From: Fistulifera solaris
Lineage: Eukaryota
Length of the DNA: 64,000 nucleotides
NCBI GenBank assembly: GCA_030295235.1
Contig: AP026135.1
Span: 1,116,001 to 1,180,000, forward strand
Direction: 5' to 3'
This document shows, one piece after another, positions 25,001-37,215 of this stretch. Positions within the stretch are counted from its first letter, which is position 1; every line of letters starts with the position of its first letter. Both the position numbers and the translations under genes were made by a program. Below the pieces are notes generated by a model. It saw only the letters and a list, made by a program, of their open reading frames with translations, was not told where the DNA came from and searched no databases.

Positions 25001-26292
25001 TGGTCCGTCTCCGACAATAACCACCCCGTGTTTTCCGTAAGACAATCGGCATCTCGCCGAGGAGAAATATGGTCACTTTCGTCGCTTTCAGTCATCTCCA
25101 AAGAATCTTTTCGGTTTAGATTGTACCTAGAACCCTCGTCTTTGCAACAGTTGGGTGGATCAACCGATGATTGAGACAAACTATTTGCATCCCATTTCTT
25201 CTCTTCGTCGTATCCAACAGAATGCAAAGCAGAATGAAATAATGGATCTGATTCGCTTGTTCTGTATTTGTAGAACATATCGACATCTCCGTAAGACGGA
25301 TTCTCCTGCACGCTGGTCATACCGTGCAACTGCGAAGCCTTTCCCTCTAAAATTTCAAGTTCATCTACCCCGATCGTTTCCACTTCGTTCTGAATTGCCG
25401 AGCTTGAATTTTCTGAGAGAAGAATTGTCGAACTAGTAGATGACACCGACTTTTCAGCGTCTGAGCAATTCGTGACAGTGCTAGCATTAGTAAGGGCCGT
25501 GCCATCTGCGTGTATTGGGCTAAGCGCTGTTTTCTCTCCATCCAACGCTGTGCCCGTTTCCTTTCCTGTCTCGACCGACTCTTCTTCGATTACATTCCCC
25601 AACTGGGGACCATGGTCAAGTTCGTCTTGAGGAATTATCATTCCAGGTTCTGATGTATCGGGGCTATTCTTTTCATCAATAAGCGTCAATTGCTGAACAA
25701 ACGCAGGAGCGCTCTTAATACAAAGTGCCGCTGGCTCGCTCGCTTCATCAGATACCAAAAGTAAAGACGAGTCAACAATCTGATTTCCATCAGTTTGTAA
25801 TATTGAAGCATTCCTCTCAGCTGTCTCGGACAATTTGTTTGCAAGGTTTATATCCTCTTCGAAGCCTTCGTTCTCGTTCGAGTTCGCAGCGTGGTCGCTA
25901 GCTTCGCCAAGCTTCACCACGGAACCTCCCAACAAGGCCATCAGTTCACCTTCTGCTTCTGCCAGAATGCAATCGAGATCAGAAGCAGTCTCGTTCTCTG
26001 GATTAAAGAAAGGCTCTTGTGTGTTATTGCTTTCTTTTTCTATCGATTCGAACGAACTGGAAAGAGCATGCTGATGATCCCCATTTTGAAGATAATGACG
26101 AAAATCCGTAGAATCTCCTGTTTTAACTTTTTTTACATCTTCTAGCGCGTCATCTGGGAGAGAACGGAAGCTACTTAAACTCACTTCAATTTCATGATCT
26201 CGGCTGCCGGTGGATATCACCTGGCTATATAGATCTCTGTCATCATTTGTCATACTCTGCCGGCAAGAAGGACCGTCGCTTGCTTCCACCAC
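19053..26292 (-). CDS. Very large protein: acidic tandem repeats + RelA/SpoT-synthetase-like nucleotidyltransferase domain + helical/TPR-like C-terminus (probably one gene broken by indels)
   Basis: Five abutting or overlapping minus-strand ORFs with no intergenic gaps. VKT...KASFKYDGDILQVKDVLRARI, PTGYRHILVNV, and EIQ formed across intron 20791-20857. TPR-like LLNLLALTYAEEGRWNDA. Confidence 0.62.
23350..24900 (-). repeat. Degenerate in-frame tandem repeat of ~43 aa (~130 bp) inside the giant ORF
   Basis: Recurring VEASExCDxxLxIAxE...ACDETR...GLDA units, about 10 copies. Boundaries approximate. Confidence 0.8.
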
Positions 26293-27023
26293 GCTTTGAC
26301 TTCACGCACTTCAATCCCTTTTCATCGGACTCAAAGAAGTGGATTCTATTAGTGCTCGTTTTCTCGTCACTGAGGGCGTTCCTTATGGCTTATTGCCACT
26401 CGGCCTCGCAGCTTGAGCGACAGTTGAAAAACCAACACGAAACACGAACGGTAATGCGGCGTGCGGAGTGTTCGTTTTGATGACGCAGTCTACATTTCAA
26501 TCGATACGGAATCTTGGATGTACGATGAAGTGTTCTTGTTAGGGTACTTGTTGCTCTCAGGTGATGTCCGTTGATGGATGAACGGAACGGTCTCCATTCA
26601 CGCGCCGAGAACCGAGACGCACAAAAATCTAGAGAAAGTGGACTGTAAATAATGAGGATAGGGTTTAAAAAAAAGTGCAAACAAGACTCCAATGGGTCTG
26701 TACCGGTACTTGTACGTGGTACCAGGTACGAAAGTAACTCGCTCGAGCCTGAGTCGAAAATAGACTCTAGAGACTAGATAGCAAAAAACTTCGTCGAAAG
26801 GACCGTGAGAATATACGAACTGACATTAAAATACAATTTTAACTTTAGCTGGTCGGAAAACTGAGTTTCGGTTTCCAAGCAAGGGTAAATAATGATGGAC
26901 CGCAGGTTCGCTTCTTTGACGACATCGGTGAAGGGAATAGAAAAGCTTGTTTTCCTGGAGAGCATTATCAGGCGTGATCCATGTCGCTCTGCATTCTTCA
27001 TTTAACTTTGATCTGACAAGCTA

Positions 27024-28317
27024 TCAATGATCCAAGCTAGAATTCGTGGGTGTGACTTTATCTTGAATGGATGGGCGTGGGCAATTGAGATACGTGACCT
27101 GCTTGTTATATTCTTTGGGTGGACCCTCGCAAGAACGACCTAGAGCTGTCTCTACCGACACGGCTATGTCATTCAAATCACCGATTGCCTTTGTCACAGA
27201 AGGCAACACACTTCTATCGCAGTCGTTTAACCATACGCTTTCGTCTACTCTGGCTCGCAAGAAACACATAGTTGGGTGTTCCACAATAGCTTTGTCGTTT
27301 TGTAGTGCCTCTCGAATCGCAGGAAATATGGTTCGATTCAACAGCCTCTCGTCGTGGATTCCGTATCCTTCCTCATTAGTACGTACATGCTCGTCGACGC
27401 GCGAGAACCGCTCTGCCGCCCAAATCTTAACACCCTCATAAGGACCATAAATCATCCGATCATTGACAGGGAATTTTGCAAAGCCTGGTACAACGACCGT
27501 GTCTGAAGTAGCAAACTCCTTCAGCCGCACAGGCGTTAGAAAGAATACGTCTGATCGCAACACGGCTATAGTCTCGTAGCGGATTCCCTCTTTTGAGCAT
27601 GCTCTTCCGCTAAATTCCATACCGACTCAATTGAATGCCACATTTTGATTATATTTGTTGCAGAGTCTTTACCGAACGATTTTTCCTTCCACGGCATGTA
27701 GAGAAGATTACCGTTGTCGTCGGTAGTTGTGCGAATTTTACGCAACATATCGCCCCGTTTCTTTAAAAATTGAGCCTCGGATTCTTCCAGAAAGTGAACC
27801 TTTTCCACATATTGCTTCAGCTGATAAATTTCGTCCGAATGAATGTCACCACCACGCCCTGAACGACCCGCTGCCTCGCGTTCCTTCTGATAGAAATGCA
27901 CGTAAATATGACAGTCTTTGTTATACGGCAATACATTTTTCCGTAGAGAAGGCAGTGTCAGTGACTCGAACGCTCGTGGTAACCCGAAAAGAGCAAGGCA
28001 CAATGTTTCTGCTCATTGTTGGAACTGCTTTCGGTGACGCTTTCGTTCGCTGGTAATGCATCTGCGACGACGCTTTCCTTTATAGGTAAATTGTCAATGA
28101 CGACACTTTCATTCGCAGGCATTAATTCCGTGACATTACTTTCATTCCCATATATTTCATCAGCTACAACATCTGCGGGAAAACTGCTTCCCGTCACCAT
28201 GTCGATAGATATCCAAAGTGAATTGCTTAACACCAATGACGTGACGGCAATAGAAAGGAGGAGAAGAAGCGTCACGGCAAGCCGCCTTCGAGGCTTCAAT
28301 TCCGCATTTGCCATCAT
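27024..28317 (-). CDS. Uncharacterised type II membrane protein, possibly glycosyltransferase-like (two frameshifts)
   Basis: N-terminal basic stretch plus TM helix, NES-repeat stem, then HCALLF/FGLPRAF, IYVHF, IIKMWHSI and LRSDVFF. Three overlapping ORFs join at ~27990 and ~27600. Confidence 0.6.
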
Positions 28318-28520
28318 TGTTGTATCTTAGAAAGAGGGCTGTTCACATGAGAATGAACACACAGAGTTAGTTCATTAATTCTTATTGGTTGCGAAGGCTT
28401 TGCAATTGTCACGCAAATGTTCGATCACTCGATCCCATAAAAAAATCTCATACATACCTGGTAGTACTCTGTACTCCGTACCAGGTATCTCCTATCTCTA
28501 TCTCGCCTCGTATTGAACCC

Positions 28521-28753
28521 TGACTGAGATGCAGTCGTGGCGAAAAACAGACAACACTTTAGGTCTATACCAGATAGCGCGCATATCGACGAGACCGGTG
28601 TGGCAACATTATCGCCGAAATCCATTGACTCGATCATTTGCAATGATGTTAACTAGCTACGTTTAAATGGATTCAGTGATTACACATTCGTATTTGGCTT
28701 GAAAAAATAGGGACTCATGACTGAGATGCAGTCGTGGGGAAAAACGGACAACA
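28521..28753. repeat. ~36-bp direct repeat pair
   Basis: TGACTGAGATGCAGTCGTGG(c/g)GAAAAAC(a/g)GACAACA at 28521 and 28718. Confidence 0.8.
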
Positions 28754-29079
28754 ATTCTCAGTTTTTTCATTTTCTTATGTTTATATTGTATTTTTGATGA
28801 TCATCATAGACGATCAGAAGTAAATTAAACATTATCAGCAAGGATTCGCATTGCAATCAAGTTTAAATTTGGTAGCCAATACATTATTCGCATCAAAGAT
28901 GTTCACTTGTGTTGCTTCGAGTCGAAACTACGTTTTTAACTTTCGAAGGGGTAAAGTATCGATGGCTTCGGTTACCGGCACACCTAGCACTGGACTCCCG
29001 TACAAAGATTGAACCGTCTTTGACCAACTACAACTCAAATCTTAAGCTGATTAATAGTCTAACAGCAAAACACTCATTT

Positions 29080-29117
29080 CCATTACTATACAGCCCTGCC
29101 ATTACTATACAGCCCTG
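29080..29117. repeat. 19-bp tandem duplication just past the TPR gene stop
   Basis: CCATTACTATACAGCCCTG x2. Confidence 0.85.
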
Positions 29118-29123
29118 ATTCTT

Positions 29124-31391
29124 TTAACATTCAGCTGAGCCCTTCTTTGTTTTGCGCATAGCAACAGCTGCACTAATGTCGGCAGCATCTCGTTTGGCGT
29201 CAACGATCCATTCATGATCATCCTTCAGCTCGTTATGGCGATATATTAAAAGTGCTTTGGAGATACAAATATCTGCCAAAGGATATTCTTTTCCCAAAAT
29301 ACTTAGCTTGCCAATTTTATGAAAGAGTCGCGCGACTTGCTGTGCATATCGTCCCTGTAGCGTCAATTGAATTCGTAAAGCTTCTTCGTAGCAGTCCGAT
29401 GCCGTCCTATATTGCTTCATCTGCTCGTACAAATCTCCCATACAGGCACAGGTTACCGCAATAGCAGGATTGTCTTTACCTCCTAATTGTGTTTGCAGGA
29501 CTCTGACTTGCTGATACAGTAGCAAAGCAGGTTCTTGATTGCCCCGTGCTGCTTCAATCGTAGCAATGTTGTGCAGCGTCACGACAACATCCGGATGACT
29601 GAGCCCTAGACGACGGGATTCCATTTTTAGAACTTGTTGGTATGTATTAAAAGCTGCATCAAAGTCTCCCATTTCTTTTTGCAAGTTCCCCCAGTTCCCC
29701 ATAATAGCTGCAACGTTGGGATGAGTTTTTCCCAGACAATATTTCATACCTCGGACCGCAACTCTGTGAGAAAGAAAGTGAGTATCATGCTTTGCATGAC
29801 GAAAAATCGACTGGCGGTTTCTAGACAAAACTTACTCAAAGGCGCTGGCCGCCAAAACGTATTGGTGCTGCATTCGATACCATTGAGCGATCCTATGCAA
29901 GGTCGAAGCCGCTTCGATGTGCGCCGCTTGAATTTCCGACGGCTCTTCGACAAAGAAGGCATCGTACATATTTGTTGCCATTTTCGTGACTTGAGATGAT
30001 TTGTGCGGTTGCTGCTGCTGGGAAGCATCACACGAAACTTCCAAGGCGTGCTCACCATTCACCGTAAGCGCATCGTTCGTTTTTAAACGAGACTGCTGCT
30101 GCTGTTCTTTCCGCAACCGCCATAAATCCTTTGGTGAATTCTGAGACATTTGTTGTTGCGGTACATTTTTCGTTGACTCCTCGGGAAGTGTCCACTGTAT
30201 GTCAAGACAGGTCGCCAAACATTGCAAACTCCCATGATACATATCAAGTGCAGCCTCTTGCTGCTGATATTCGTACACACGCCCCATTTCTCGGTACGTG
30301 ACGGCTCTTGTGACAGCATCGGCCGATTGCTGCAACGCTAATTCCAAAATGGGTAACGCTTCGGCATATTCATGTCTTTGAATTTGGACAGTCCCCAACA
30401 AATTCAACAAGAACGGTAAAGATGGATGCTGTGGCGATAACTGATCATGTCGAATGCGATACGCCACTGTATATAGTTTAAGCGCCTTGATGTACTGTCC
30501 GACATCTTCCGCTTTGATCCCCATCCGAACGATATTCGCACTGTTGGCGTAGGCTGTCGCCATGGCGTGCGCTTGCTCCAATTCTTTCCGAGTAGCTTGC
30601 GTGAGTTCGTCGTGTTTTCTCTGCGCCGCTGTCCCCTGTTTGAGCTGTGCTGCCGTCCCTTCTAGTAAGTTTAGTGCGTTTGTGAGACACTTCAGAGCGT
30701 ATTTGTAGCGATGATGAATTTGAATGGCCCGTGCGGCCTTGTTCCGCAATTTGAGGACTTGTTGAACGACTTCAGTCGGTGACAGTGACAGTGACAATGA
30801 TTCGTCGTTGGGTACGGTACGACAAGAAGGTGTGATAACACGAGAAGGACCACCGGCTTGTGCGAGTGCCTGATCAATTTCATCTTGTACTTTTCGATTG
30901 CTGTTACTGTTGTTGTTGTTGTTCATCGGAAAGAGCGCACCTTGTACAAACTGTTTAAGAGATTTGCGAGCTTCGGCTGGTTCATTGGCTGCGGCAGTCG
31001 GTCGACCTGGTGAAGCAGCTTCTTGCGTCGCAAAGCGCACACGCGTTTGACGGGCTGTAAAATACGATAATACTGGATCTTCTTCCTCATCATCGGCTTC
31101 ATCCGAGCGATTGCTACTTTTCCTCCGATACCGCCGACTCGCAGCACGCGCCGGCGAAGCCACTTCTTCTTCCATTGAAGCTGTGACAGCTTCACCTTCA
31201 TCTCGACTGGATGTTGTCACCTCTTCCGACATGCGCCGTAAGGGCGGGGGAGACGCACTGCGCATCATGGACGTGGATGGTTGTTTCGACCAACAGAGTA
31301 ATGATGATTGATGCTCGTCACTCTTGCTGTCATCATGGTCGATGTAATCGTCATCGATCGATTGAAAGTAGAGCTTATTCATGGGTGGCAT
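29124..31391 (-). CDS. TPR-repeat protein (kinesin-light-chain-like repeats)
   Basis: LGKTHPNVAAIMGNWG, LGLSHPDVVVTLHNIA, YEEALRI. Intron 29764-29835 joins the two ORFs in frame. Confidence 0.88.
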
Positions 31392-32000
31392 ACTTTGTAA
31401 ACTACTGTGCCTTCCTTTGGCTTGTAATAATACTGTAAGAGGTTGATTTAGGAGTTACTAGAGAGGTTGAAGACCTTGAAGAAAAGGCGAGCGATAAAAA
31501 GGAAAAAGTTTCTGAACGTACTGGTAATTCAAACAGCTGGAAGCTGGAACCAAAAAAAGTCCACATGGCGCGCGTTTTTGTAATCTCAACAGACGGAGTC
31601 TCATGGGCGCACTCGTGCCAATGAATACTTCTACAAGAATAATCATCACATAGACAACAGTACCAGGTAGGAGTATGAAGTTGGACGTGCAACGTATTTT
31701 CGGAGTGTCTACGTCCCTACGGATACATAGAAAGCCGAGTATCGTACCGGCATGTCGCTTCACATAAGTACTCGGGAGGCTCTCTGTTTGCGGATTGAGG
31801 ATGAGATGATGAGTGGCTCTCGATTCTCGATCCTTTGCAAATCGTTATTGCTCGACGAATCCTTTTGATTGCTTTTCTTTAAAAATCTTAAATTGCTTTT
31901 GCCTGTTGCAGAAAACAACAATCCATCCTTTCATTGCAACCTCAAACGTATTGTTGTATCTCTGTCATCATCTTCAAGAAGAGAAGAGAAGAAGTGAAAC

Positions 32001-33021
32001 ATGAGATCTACTATCATGCTACGAACATCACGATTGTCGCGATCACTACGATTGCGTCCCTTTTCCAATGCAAACGACAAGAATCCCTCACAACAACACG
32101 CCATGTTCCGAGAACAAATGGAAGAACTGAAACAAGAACGAGAAGCTCTGTATGGATTTACGGATCAGGAACAGAAAGCATGGGGAAATGCCAAGAACAG
32201 CCATCGTCATTCGGATGATTTTCTGCAGCAAATCGAACAAGCTCGAATGGAAGCACAGATGGTCGTGATGCCGTCCTGGAGTCATTCCGAAGATCACGGT
32301 CATACCAACCATAGTCACGGTCACAACCATCATCATCGTCATCATCATCATCATGGCCATCATGGCCATCAAGATCATCACAATAACAATCAACAACAAT
32401 CTTCAGAGGACGATGCCAATCTACAGGGCTACCGATTGATGCCTCCCGTCGAACAGCCAATCCCCGAAGAATTGAACAACGACACTTTGCCTCCACTATT
32501 TACACACTTATCACCCGACGGATCGACCGTGCAAATGGTGCATGTGGGCGACAAAGCTGTGACGGCACGTCGCGCCGTCGCACAAACGACGATTGTCTTT
32601 CCACCAGAAATTGTGCAACACGGATTCACGTCGAAAAAGGTCCCATTTTCGAAACAGCGATTCTGGCGGGAATTATGGCGGCCAAGTAAGTTCTGAACAA
32701 GTGAATTGCTGTGACTGTTCGAAGGAGTGTGACTTACTTCCATTTATCAACAGAAAGACCAGTGACTTGATTCCTCTCTGTCATCCGCTACCACTCGAAC
32801 AAGTGAATGTCGGCATTCAAATGCCTGACGCCAATACGGCAGTCGTGACGTGCGAATGCCACGTGACACACAAGACGGGAGTGGAAATGGAAGCCATGGT
32901 GGGCGCCAGTGTTGCCGCGTTGACCGTGTACGACATGGTCAAGGCCATTTCGCACAATGTGGTGGTAAAGGAAACGAAATTGTTGCACAAGTCGGGTGGT
33001 AAGCGGCATGTGGATGAATGA
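32001..33021 (+). CDS. moaC: Molybdenum cofactor biosynthesis protein C (cPMP synthase accessory subunit) with organellar presequence and His-rich linker
   Basis: FTHL...MVHVGDK, AGIMAAK|KTSDLIPLCHPL (intron 32685-32753) and KTGVEMEA...LTVYDMVKA...KSGGK. 1-nt frameshift near 32639; Arg/Ser-rich N-terminus. Confidence 0.92.
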
Positions 33022-33381
33022 ATAAATAGTAAAGAGTGGAAGTTAAGCGATCAATATAGTTTAGATGAACAAACTCTCTAGAGACTTGGTTGACTATACT
33101 TGTACTAGGGCGCAAACATTGAGATCTTTCAAACCGCGCGGACGAGTGTGACAGGCGTGTCAATGTACAGTTTCTTTCTATATATATAGTCTATATATAG
33201 CGCCGGCACGCAACCCAGCCGGCGCAAAGGAGGGAGTTTTTCGAGGGCTCGTTTCTCATTTGATTTCATTCGTTTTCAAAATGATCGGATGTGCACTCGA
33301 TCATTGCATCCTTTACTGTCGTTGATTCATCCTCGTTGCCATCCTTTTTCCTCTTCAATTCTTCCGTCTCATTATAATAGA

Positions 33382-34600
33382 ATGACGCATACGATATCGC
33401 CGTTATCGATTCGTCAATGGCATGATAATGAGAAACATAATGAAGCCGAAAGTCTGCAATCGACAACGAAGAATGACAATCAGAGCTTGCCGCATCCGAG
33501 TAGTCAAACTCACGACAATAATGACGAAAGTGCTATAAAGCTTGAGCAGGCTTTTGATGTTGCTGCCGCACAGACGTTATTGCTACAACAAGTACTTCCT
33601 CTTTATGCGGAAATTGCGCAGACGTTCTCTTCCTCACACTCGACCTTACAAGCCAATCAGCTATCGAGGTTGTTGCAACAACTGCAACTTGTCGCCGATT
33701 CCTTGCAAATTCATTTAGCGCAAGCAATACGCAACAAAATACGATTGAATGGACGAAAATATCCCGTGGAACAAGCAAAAGTAAGTGCATCTAATAAACT
33801 TGTGCTTTTTGTTGGATTGAGACTACGTCGCATCACTCACTCGCTTTCAGGGCAAAATGTCAAAATACACCGAATACTCTCACATGACGGGTATTACAAA
33901 ACACGACGGTCAATCCACGACCGAGTTTCCCAATGTGTATACGGCACAAACGACAACACTCGTCGAATTGCAACAATTGCAATCCGAGATTCGAGACTTT
34001 GCCGCACAACGGGACTGGGATCCCTTTCACACGCCCCGTAACTTGTGTTTGGCGTTGGGCGGTGAATTGGGGGAGTTGGTGGAGCAACTGTTCTTCTTCG
34101 ATACCTTACAAGCGGATAAATTGTATCAAGAAGTCGCCGATGTCACCATTTATTTGCTCCGTTTGGCCGATGTGTGTCAGCTTTCGTTGTTGGCTGATAC
34201 AAGTAGTTCTGACAACGACCCTGATGTTAAGCTGGTTTTCAGGTTCTCCACCGAACTGCTGCCTGCTTCATCCACCAAGGATCATATCTTCCCCGTGGGC
34301 TTGATTCGCAACCACATTTTGCAATTGTGGATGCATTGGACTCGACGCGACAAGAAGAGCTTTTCTGAGACGCTCCAAACCATTTCCACTCACTTGGGAT
34401 ACTGTTGGAACACCACACTACCAACAACAAGCTGCGCCAACTCAGCGACAGCATGGCTGTCCCTGTTGTGTCTTTTGGGGGAGTTGTCGGATCAATTTCA
34501 ATTTTTGGGAGATGCCGAACAGCACCTGCACAAACGCGAAGTCATTTGCAGTTATATCCAGCAAATGGTGCTCAAATTGAATGATAAAGACGAAGAATAA
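33382..34600 (+). CDS. MazG-like dCTP pyrophosphatase (DCTPP1 family) with repeated domains
   Basis: FAAQRDWDPFHTPRNLCLALGGELGEL...EVADVTIYLLRLADVC, plus KIRLNGRKYPVEQAK|GKMSKY across intron 33781-33850. Confidence 0.82.
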
Positions 34601-34660
34601 AGAGTGTAAACAATAAATATTCTCCACGACGACTAATAGCTGACTAATAATATGTATGTA

Positions 34661-36515
34661 CTAGTTTGACGATAACTCATCGATAGCCCAATTCAAATAT
34701 GCTCTCAAATATCGTGCCGAGGCCAGTGGAAGATCGCGCGGTACACCTATCCGATCACGCAAGTATGCGAGACTGGAAATGACACCCTCCGTCTGTTGTG
34801 TAGGAATAGCCTTCTGCAATAAAATCTTCCAATGTGATGCTGGAATCTCTTCGTCGACGGCCGCCAGCACTTGGCAGACGACACGAAGAGCGACATCGAC
34901 GTAAGACACAATGCTATCATCCGAAGCCGCGTACGGATCCGCCAAAGGTGCTCCGAATGTCTTGCGTGGGTTTTTGGCGCCTTTCGGTCCTCCTCTTGCG
35001 GCGAAGACTGCCACTTTGCCGCCATTACCAGCCAATTTCCAAGCTGCCATCATTCGACAAGCCTTTCTCATCAACGCTGGATCGGCAGATTCGAAAGACC
35101 CGTCTGATCCAGCTTCAATCCCCATGGATTGCAACACACAAAGAGGCAAAGGTTGGCCCTTGTACAGCGGCTGCAGACTGTCATCATGCGGTAATGGCAA
35201 TCGTCCACTCGGCCCGCGACCCAAAATGTCTCGTGAAAATTGTTTTCGATCGTCTTCGAATCCACCATCATATCCAGGACCGTACTGTGGCGGAATATCC
35301 ATGACATGAGTGTAATAGTCACTCTTGAAGGCTAGATAATGTTCGCGCTTCTCAAACGCATCGATCCAAGCATTCAAACCATCGAGTCCCCACTTGGGAT
35401 CCCGTAGATTGAGTCCCTTCCAGTAAGCACAACTGGCTAGCATGCGTTCCACGTGCGAAACAAAGACAAAATCAATCATGGTAGGATAGTCGTGCTCATC
35501 AAAAACCACGGCCCTTTTGTTGAACACAATTCTTGGTCGACAATCCGTAAACAATCCATAAAGCCCTGCATCGAACTGGACATGCCATTCTGATTGCTAT
35601 TCTTTGCTCCACCCAACAAACCCGCGAACGGATTGCTTCCACCACTGAGCGCCGGACTCTCCGGTCGAAACACCAAGGTACACCACCAACTGAACAAATC
35701 TCGTTCCAATCGAGCAAGCATTTTGTATCGCGCCATTCCCTGTTCGGTGCTCGGCATCATGGCACGATATCCTTCTTCGGGTGGGAACCACTTATCGAGC
35801 AATTCCATAATCACTTGCGATTCGGTAATGATTTTTCCGTTGACTTCCATGGCGGGCAAAAGTCCTCCCGGAACTTTTTGCAAAAACGATGTCGGCTTGT
35901 CACCGTAACTGCGCATATTCACCAACGAGATTTGCACCGGGACTTGCTTTTCCTCGACCAGTAACATGAGTTTTTGACTGTTAATCAAGTGAATGAAGAG
36001 AAAATCACGACGTGAATCTGTCTGTATGTAGCTGGAGAAAGAAAATAGAATTCTCAAAAAAAGAACTCACCAGTAGGGACACCTTTGTGGAACACACAAA
36101 AGAGAAAATCATAAGAGCATTGAAAATCGACGCACAGAGGGTTAGTACTTTATTCACTCACCAACCCGCATGATCGCGATACAGAATGATTTGAGGATCT
36201 TCGTCGGAATCAAACGTTCGCAGCGTATTGTGCACGTGAGGAGACCCTTTCCCCTTCTTTCGTACCTCCAATTCGTTCGTCAATGCTTTCCCGACTGGAG
36301 TTGCATCCATTTGTCGCACTAAATCATCCCAAGAAGGCGAAGAAGAAGAAGAAGTAGTAGAAGTAGGAGTCATGATGGGCGTATCCGAGGCGGCAATGTG
36401 TGTCGACTTGTGAGAAAAAAGACGGTGACGTTACGGAAAGAAAACTGAATGCAGGTGTCGCGAGAAAACCGATGATGAGGCTCGATCTGGCTGCCTTGGC
36501 AACTTGTTTCATCAT
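34661..36515 (-). CDS. Cys-type glutathione S-transferase (WCPYC active site), predicted plastid-targeted
   Basis: YRDHAGW|CPYC|QK built from introns 36083-36161 and 35978-36070; GLLPAM, ITES, SDYYTH...PPQYG, RIGVPRDL. Signal peptide ending AFS-F. Indels near 36378 and 35503. Confidence 0.9.
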
Positions 36516-36665
36516 CGTTCGTCTCGTTTGAAATATTCAAGATTTAATACGTAGTAATTGAGGTTCGCAAATCTCCTTGTGTTCCCTGTTATTAGGAGTG
36601 CGTGAGAACGCGAGGACGACGATGGGAAATCAACACCAGAACCCGGATATTGTTTACTTACTATC

Positions 36666-37116
36666 TGTCACGGAAATGCGGATAGCGGGCAGACTACTAG
36701 GGACTCAGCCAATATGGCCGCACGACCTAATGCGAATTCCGATCCCCAAATCGGAAGCATCCGGAGTGTAACCTCTTGGGCGAGGCCCAAGGGTCTTTGC
36801 ACGATTTGGGTTGATCGTGAAGGCGTGAAAGGTTTGCAAGCAACGCGATACAAGAATGTTAGAGCCACATACGTGAGCTCAGAATTTCAAGATAAAACAA
36901 GACCTAGTCCGATGGCAGTGACATTCTCGGCGGAACCATCACCCAGTGAGATTCCACCTTGTTCATTTGTCGGATTTGTAAAGGCTTCATAATATTGTTG
37001 TTTGGAAAACTTTGACTGTTTATCGTCTTAGCCTACCAGATACTTCCTCTTCTGTTGTTGCGAAACGTAGCGACTTGGTTGACAGAATTTCTGTTTCTGT
37101 CCGTCGATACGTGAGA
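36666..37116 (+). repeat. 5' LTR (451 bp)
   Basis: TGTCAC...GTGAGA. Matches the 3' LTR except for one indel that I could see. Confidence 0.96.
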
Positions 37117-37130
37117 GGTTATGAGCCCAG
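37117..37130 (+). promoter_or_regulatory. Primer binding site, half-tRNA(iMet) type
   Basis: GGTTATGAGCCCAG directly after the LTR. It contains the complement of a CAU anticodon loop, as in copia/Ty5. Confidence 0.85.
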
Positions 37131-37215
37131 ATTTACACTATCTGGTACAGTCTTTGCAGTTGTTTGATACACGTGCCCTACTTACTCCCTTTTGTCGTCT
37201 TTCGTTATTCGCGAT

